From IMG/VR virus record IMGVR_UViG_2061766007_000135: a stretch of 64,000 nt of DNA; one strand, written 5' to 3'. The translations under genes were made by a program, and so were the position numbers. The notes beneath the pieces were generated by a model. It was not told where the DNA came from. It searched no databases and worked only from the letters and a program-made list of their open reading frames with translations. Below are positions 58,398-64,000 of this stretch, piece after piece. How positions within the stretch are numbered: position 1 is the first letter of the stretch; each line of letters starts with the position of its first letter. The DNA comes from an uncultured virus (IMG/VR IMGVR_UViG_2061766007_000135) (taxonomy: Duplodnaviria > Heunggongvirae > Uroviricota > Caudoviricetes).

Positions 58398-61300
58398 TTA
58401 AGTCCAAGTTACGCGACCTGCGCCGGTATAAAACCAACCACTAGATGGATTTGAGTCACTACTTGTATTTGCATATAAATCTGCATAAACAATATTATTA
58501 AATTTATATTGAGTAGAACTATTACTATATCTTTGGAAATAATAACCCGTGCCCTAGCCAGTACTTGCTGTATAAGATCTATCAGTCGTACCATCCACTG
58601 TTAGTGATGGGCCATATACAGTATCACCGCGACGCTCAAATTTAGCTGCTGCAGCATCCCAACCTGCTTTATAAGCTGCATTATAAAAAGTTTCCAAACT
58701 ATATTGTGCATAAGCAGTATTATTACTTGTTAACTAAATTTTAGCCTATTTTCCTTCTCCTGATTTAGCTAAACTCATACTTACACTATTTGTATTAATA
58801 CCCGCTGGACTAGCGGCACTGCTACTTTCATATAAGCGAGCATAGGCACTTAAATTTAAATTTGAACTATTGCCGGCCACCAATTTGACGACGTGCCCTT
58901 TATACCAAGCGGTGTCGGCCATATTAAAACCCGTTGTAGTAATTGTAACTCCACCAACAGTGAGAGATGGTGTAATTGTTCCATTTGTGGCAGAAAAACT
59001 AAGACTAGTATTCGAATTACTAATAATAGTTACTGCCTCTGAAGTTTGACCTTCAACTTTTGCACCACCATTTGGCGCAGTATTTGCTAATGTTAATTGT
59101 CCATTTGAATAGGTTGGTGTTATTAAATGGAAATGTTTACCACCTAAAACAACTAAATTAGGTGTAATAGACTGCGCAGTACTTTCGGGTATGCCATTAA
59201 CACCGCCCGTAGTATAATTAATTATATATCCTTGTGAATAAAGCTCATCTAAATCTCCATTCATAGATGTAGTCACTGAAATTTCTTTAATAATTGCACT
59301 CGATGCTAAACGAATAGCTTGATTAGCTGCATTAATACCACTATTTGCATTCGATAGGGCCTATTGCGCAGTACCCATTGCACTTGCAGTATCTTCAGCA
59401 TTATTACCAATTGATCCACCCAAATTGGATAAAGAAGTATTAATTCCTGCCATAGCAGTCTAAAAAGCAGTTTGAGTTATAACGGGCTCATTATTAATCC
59501 AAATACCTTCAGTGGCACTAATGCGTGTAGCTTGAATATTCCAAAGATGCCCAGTAATCCCCAACTAACTATCAGTACTTAATGGATATAAAGCAATACG
59601 AGAATTATTGTTATTAGGATGCTAAAATGCAATGCCTATTCCTCCATTGCCATTAATACCTAAAGAACTATCAGGAGTACCTAATGGATCTGATTGATTA
59701 TAACAGATTGTATAAACTCCACCATTATAATTAATAATAGCATTAGTATCTATATTACCAGTATTAGTATTAACCGTAGATGTAGTAATACTAGTTGTAC
59801 CTCTAATAGTGCCAGTAGAAGTAGTAATACCATTATCTATTAAACCATCATTTGATCCTGAACCTGAATCTCCATCTCGATTACCAGAACGTAAAATACG
59901 TGTTTGATTAGGTTCAGAATTATTATTATTAGAACCACTTGCTTCTGAAGGAGTACCTACTCCATAATTCCATGAACTACCTACTGTATCAGTCGATGTA
60001 GTTAATGATACAATACTAGATCCGCCAATTACCGTTGAACTATATGTAGTTATACCATGAGTATGAGCAGTAATATTAATATTACTCATAATAATATGTG
60101 AATCTGTTGCAAAAGCAGTAATGTTTAATGAATCATTTGGCGTAGTAAAAGTAGGTTTGCCCAAAAATAATACGCCATTTGTACCATCTAATACAATCTA
60201 TGAATTTGCTAATGTAATTTGATTATTGGCTCCATCTAAATGGATACCATAACACCACTAATTATTATAAGCACTATTATTATAACTACGTTTAATATAA
60301 ATACTAGATGAGCCAATTACCCAACCATTTAAATTACCGCCTAATAATAATCCATCTTTTTCAGCAATATAATTTGCTAAAGCTCCTGCATCAATCCCCT
60401 ATAGAGTTCTAGCTGATGACATAAAAGTACTAGCTAACATACGCCATATAAGCTATTGATTATTATTAATTGTTTCAAATCCACAATAATACTAACGAGT
60501 GCCTAATTCATCTTGTATAGTAACTTTAGTATTCGTTAAAGTAACCGGATTATCAAATTCATCTGTTGTAGTTTGTAAAACAATAGTTAAAGCAGTTAAT
60601 TCATCATTTTCATCACGAGTTTCTGTAAAGCTACCATTTAATATATAAATAGAGCCACCAGCTTCGATATGATCATAAATCTAATCTACGGTATTAGCAG
60701 CATTCTACGTCTAGAAATTAGTAATCACGACATTAGAAGTAACTGTATAACTCTGTGTAGTTGCAGTATCTCCAGTGGGCGGAATACCAATACGCGATTC
60801 ATTATTAGTTAAAATACTACCATCTACATCACTGCCGATAATACGTGCTTTCTCTGCCTGTAATCTGCGGCAATAGACTGTACCATCAGTACGCACACCA
60901 AAATTAATACCTTCATAAGGTGTACCAGCATAAATAGCGAAATTACCAAAAGTACCAAATGCTTCAGGCCCCAAATATGTTAATGAAGTATCATTTTGTG
61001 GCAACTATAATGAATTAACCCAAGTTTGATAATCATTACCGGTAGCATATGTATATGGATAATTAATATTTTGCCGCAATATCTAATCTACATAAAATTT
61101 AGGCACTGCAATCTGGGTATTAGTATTTATTTGTCCATTACCTTCAACAATTGCTTCTTTACCATTTAACTTACTACCATTTGGTAATAACTAATGATTT
61201 AATGAATTACCATATTCATCTATAAATAAGGTTTTTCCTTGAGATGGATTACTTCCATTTCTAACATTGCTACTGTTTGGATTACCATCCTATTCCGGAT

Positions 61301-64000
61301 CACCTAAGAATATTATACCAGAATTATTTTTTTGTGTCAAACCAGCATCAGAAATATACCAAGGACTATCATAGCCAATTTTTCCGTGTCGCGCAGTCAT
61401 ATATCCATTCCAACGAACACTAAAGAATGGATTACTAACATATTGTCCACCGCGCCAAGGATTCTCATAGCCAGCATAAATCGCAAATTGATTAATATCT
61501 GCATCACCATAAATAGTATTATAAATATTACTCAATAAACGCTATTGCTCTCTACGGTAATCTTCTTGTAATTGTTCCTAAGATTTTAACTATAATTGTC
61601 TTACAGTTTCACCCAATTCTGCTAATGCCGCTGGATCATCATCTTCATCTGGATTTATCTCTACTTCAGTCAAAGAAATTTGATCATTACGAATTGCCGC
61701 ATATCCACCAATAGCTTCTAAGATTGTAGTCGCTTCAATATAATCTTGTAATTTAGCTGGATCGGCATGTAACTAATTAATACCAGATTCCAACATAGAT
61801 GCTAACTACCAACAAAAACATTTACGATAATACTCATATACTTTATAGAAAATACGAATTTGTCTCTAAAGTGTTTCAACATCAGCAATTTCAGTACGAG
61901 ATAGCAATATAGGAATATTAAATCTAGAACCCTCTATAGTAATATCAGGATCAATAGGGAAAGCAACCTAATTTAAAGCGACATTCGAATTTCTATAATA
62001 TGTATAAGTAGATGATAAAGCTGCAGGAGTAATTGTAACTATACTACTATTTTGAATACGACCAACTGGTTCACCAATTTCAGTAATACGAATATAAGCA
62101 GCATAATCGCTCATATCTTGCCAAACCCATTGACCATTCTATTTAACTTTCACTTTAGGATTCCATAAATAGCGATCAGTTTCTTCTACAGGGTAAGTTT
62201 TATCTGGCAATGTCGCTTCAACAGTATTATCTGGTCTACATTCAGGATCCCAATAATTAGATAAAGTTATCTAATAACCATTCCATAACGCAGTCTAAGC
62301 ACTTAAATAACCATAGGACTAAGTATAGCGCTTACTAGTTACGGCACTTACGCCCCCACTTTTCCTATATACACTATGAGCAGTAGGAACATTAAAATAA
62401 TGATTATGCACAAATGTTTCTACATTTCGCATACTCAATGGTCCGTCTAAACTCCAATCATTTGGATCATCGGGATTAATTACAATAGCAGTTAAATTAT
62501 CTATATTATAAATTTCATTATGTAAATCTTCTAAAGTAACTTCTTCTCCTTGTAAAGAACGTTCATACCAAGTAGCGATCTATCTATCCAAATATTCTGC
62601 GGTATTACGTGCCGCAGTACCAAATGTATAATAATGATATACATCTTCTGAATATAAACTCTAATCAAAATATTGTGAAATACGGGCAAAAACACTTTCA
62701 GGACTTGTAGGTGTCCAATCTTCAAACTCAAAAGTAGGAACAGTCTATGCATTCAAATAACCTTCTACATATGCCGCGATAACATTGGTTAAATCTAAAT
62801 GCACCTATTGCGTATCTGGATCAGTTACTAATAAAGATTCTAAAACTTCACCAGGCGATTCTTCATCTGTAATAGACCAAGTTTCATTTGCTTCATCAAT
62901 AATTACATAAGAAGAAAGAGTCTAATCATTTTCATCATAACTTAAATCATCACGCAAAAAAGTCTTAATCTAATTGACACTATCTTCATAAGAAATTTCG
63001 CCCTAACGATAAGCAGAATATAATTCATGCATATAACGATAACGCACTTTTGCACGTTCTGCTTTAACATAAGCTGCATATGTATTACCAGCACCTAATA
63101 ATTCAATAATAGCCGCATCAATTTCACTAGTTTCTTTAGTAGATGCCATACCTAAATACATATAACGACTTAAAGAAGGAACATTTTCATTAATATGTTC
63201 TTGATATAAACCTTGATTATTAATATACCAATTACCAATACGACCATACTTAGTAGCAATGCCGCCAGTAATTAATGTGCCTTGATTTGGATCAACAATA
63301 AAATAGTTATTTATTGGATCTTTTAAGAATTGATCCGCCCAAGTCATTTTATACTATTCTTCTTTTGGCAACATTAATTGAGTAGCACTAAGAGGAACTT
63401 TACAATATAGGAAATACTAAGAAATACCTGCTTCAGAAGTATCATACCAATTAGTTGTCTTATCTAAATATGTAACCGTATTAGGATTTAAATTTAAATA
63501 ACACGTTTTAGTTGAATTACTTAAAAGTGCATTACGACCATCGAATTGAATACGACCCTTACCTGCGGGACCAATAAAACCAGTACCATCTTCAGTAAAT
63601 CCAAAAGACATTGTTCCATTGTGGAAACCATAAATACCAGCTTGATCCATTGAAGAATCAGCTTTAACCGCCCAATTACCTAACATAACGCCAGTAAATT
63701 GATTACGACTATTTTTAGTGCCTGCGGCAATCATAGTGCTTAAAATTGCACCATTGGTTTCATCTAATGTTAAACTTACTCCATTCCAATCATTTACTAA
63801 AGATGAAGTATAAATATATCGCTAAAATGCAATAGCCTAACATACGTGTGTATGCGCCTAATCATTTAATTCAAAATGTAAATATGTGAAATATGGTTCA
63901 GTATTTAATTCATCTTTCCATTGCCAATAAGTATTATAATCATTGGTGTCGCCTTCTGCTTTATCGCCATAGCGAAGATAAAACTCATTAACTGGCGGAG
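58398..64000 (-). CDS. Very large tail protein (>1860 aa, code 15), 5'-truncated by window edge
   Basis: Fragments 63417/63003/61290/60711/59622/58746 all in one frame; GRIGNWYI, FSVRWNG, FGVRTDG beta-repeat motifs; frame open to the window end; ends VTWT-TAA. Confidence 0.78.

Larger units (their letters stand above)
1..64000. mobile_element. Segment of a large tailed bacteriophage genome (replication block + tail/lysis block) using TAG=Gln (code 15)
   Basis: Phage-type gene content (DnaE, RecJ, RecD-like helicase, class III RNR, dUTPase, RuvC-like, holins, endolysin, tail fibres), dense operons, no cellular housekeeping context; in-frame TAGs across late genes. Confidence 0.93.

Noticed and set aside
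58370..58408. TGGACTT upstream of the 128-aa gene as a fourth copy of the repeated motif
   Set aside because: Spacing to TAA and the downstream AA/TA positions do not match, and it lies within the last codons of the upstream gene
16946..61538. Plus-strand ORFs within the structural block (e.g. 16946, 21228, 27226, 31191, 34347, 41178, 55988, 61332)
   Set aside because: Antisense to continuous code-15 genes; no SD or family signal
19351..62752. Off-frame minus-strand ORFs (19351, 20692, 44401, 48271, 56946, 58409, 62531) as separate genes or programmed frameshifts
   Set aside because: They are Leu/Ile/Val-rich alternative-frame shadows; the main frame continues through TAG without any shift
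14228..64000. Interpreting the fragmented minus-strand ORFs as pseudogenes or a decayed prophage
   Set aside because: The interruptions I examined are all TAG, with no frameshifts or TAA/TGA; motifs are intact and the duplicated segment shows mostly synonymous change
1..64000. Suppressor tRNA (CUA), release factor or tRNA synthetase genes
   Set aside because: Intergenic gaps are very short and I saw no cloverleaf or matching protein motifs; they may lie outside the window, and a tRNA scan is needed to be sure
1..64000. CRISPR array, integrase or IS element
   Set aside because: No regularly spaced direct repeats and no recombinase or transposase motifs seen
11956..64000. TAG as pyrrolysine or another amino acid
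   Set aside because: TAG is frequent, aligns with CAA and sits at conserved Gln positions; no pyl genes are present

Overview
The window is a 64 kb, AT-rich (about one third GC by eye) segment of a large tailed-phage genome. The host is probably an anaerobic Firmicute (inference from class III RNR, SpoIID and CotH-like domains and sigmaA-type promoters). It has two convergent blocks that meet at a perfect 21-bp bidirectional terminator (12861-12908). The + strand block (1-12862) encodes replication and nucleotide metabolism: RecJ, a RecD-like helicase, DnaE-type Pol III alpha, guanylate kinase, NrdD/NrdG, dUTPase, a RuvC-like resolvase and an LL-H-type holin. The - strand block (64000 to 12907) encodes tail/baseplate/fibre proteins, a radical SAM enzyme and lysis genes. 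The key observation is that the - strand looks shattered in the standard-code ORF track only because TAG is a sense codon, most likely Gln (genetic code 15). Reading TAG as Gln joins the fragments into about 25 tightly packed genes, most with Shine-Dalgarno sites and all ending in TAA/TGA. Three lines of evidence point to Gln: the SpoIID motif GHGVGMS[TAG]YGA, a CAA/TAG pair at the same position of a duplicated segment, and the RuvC IEDI[TAG] motif. The replication genes contain no TAG; the resolvase and most structural and lysis genes need read-through. Further candidates: a daisy-chain pattern of matched C-terminal/N-terminal motifs across the fibre genes, a Trp-rich 22-aa ORF coupled to a radical SAM/SPASM-type enzyme, a 2555-aa protein with a CotH-like kinase domain, and a thrice-repeated intergenic motif. 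No tRNA, CRISPR array, integrase or reverse transcriptase was seen. Code-15 gene boundaries were rebuilt by hand from frame continuity, and not every codon of the longest genes was checked.
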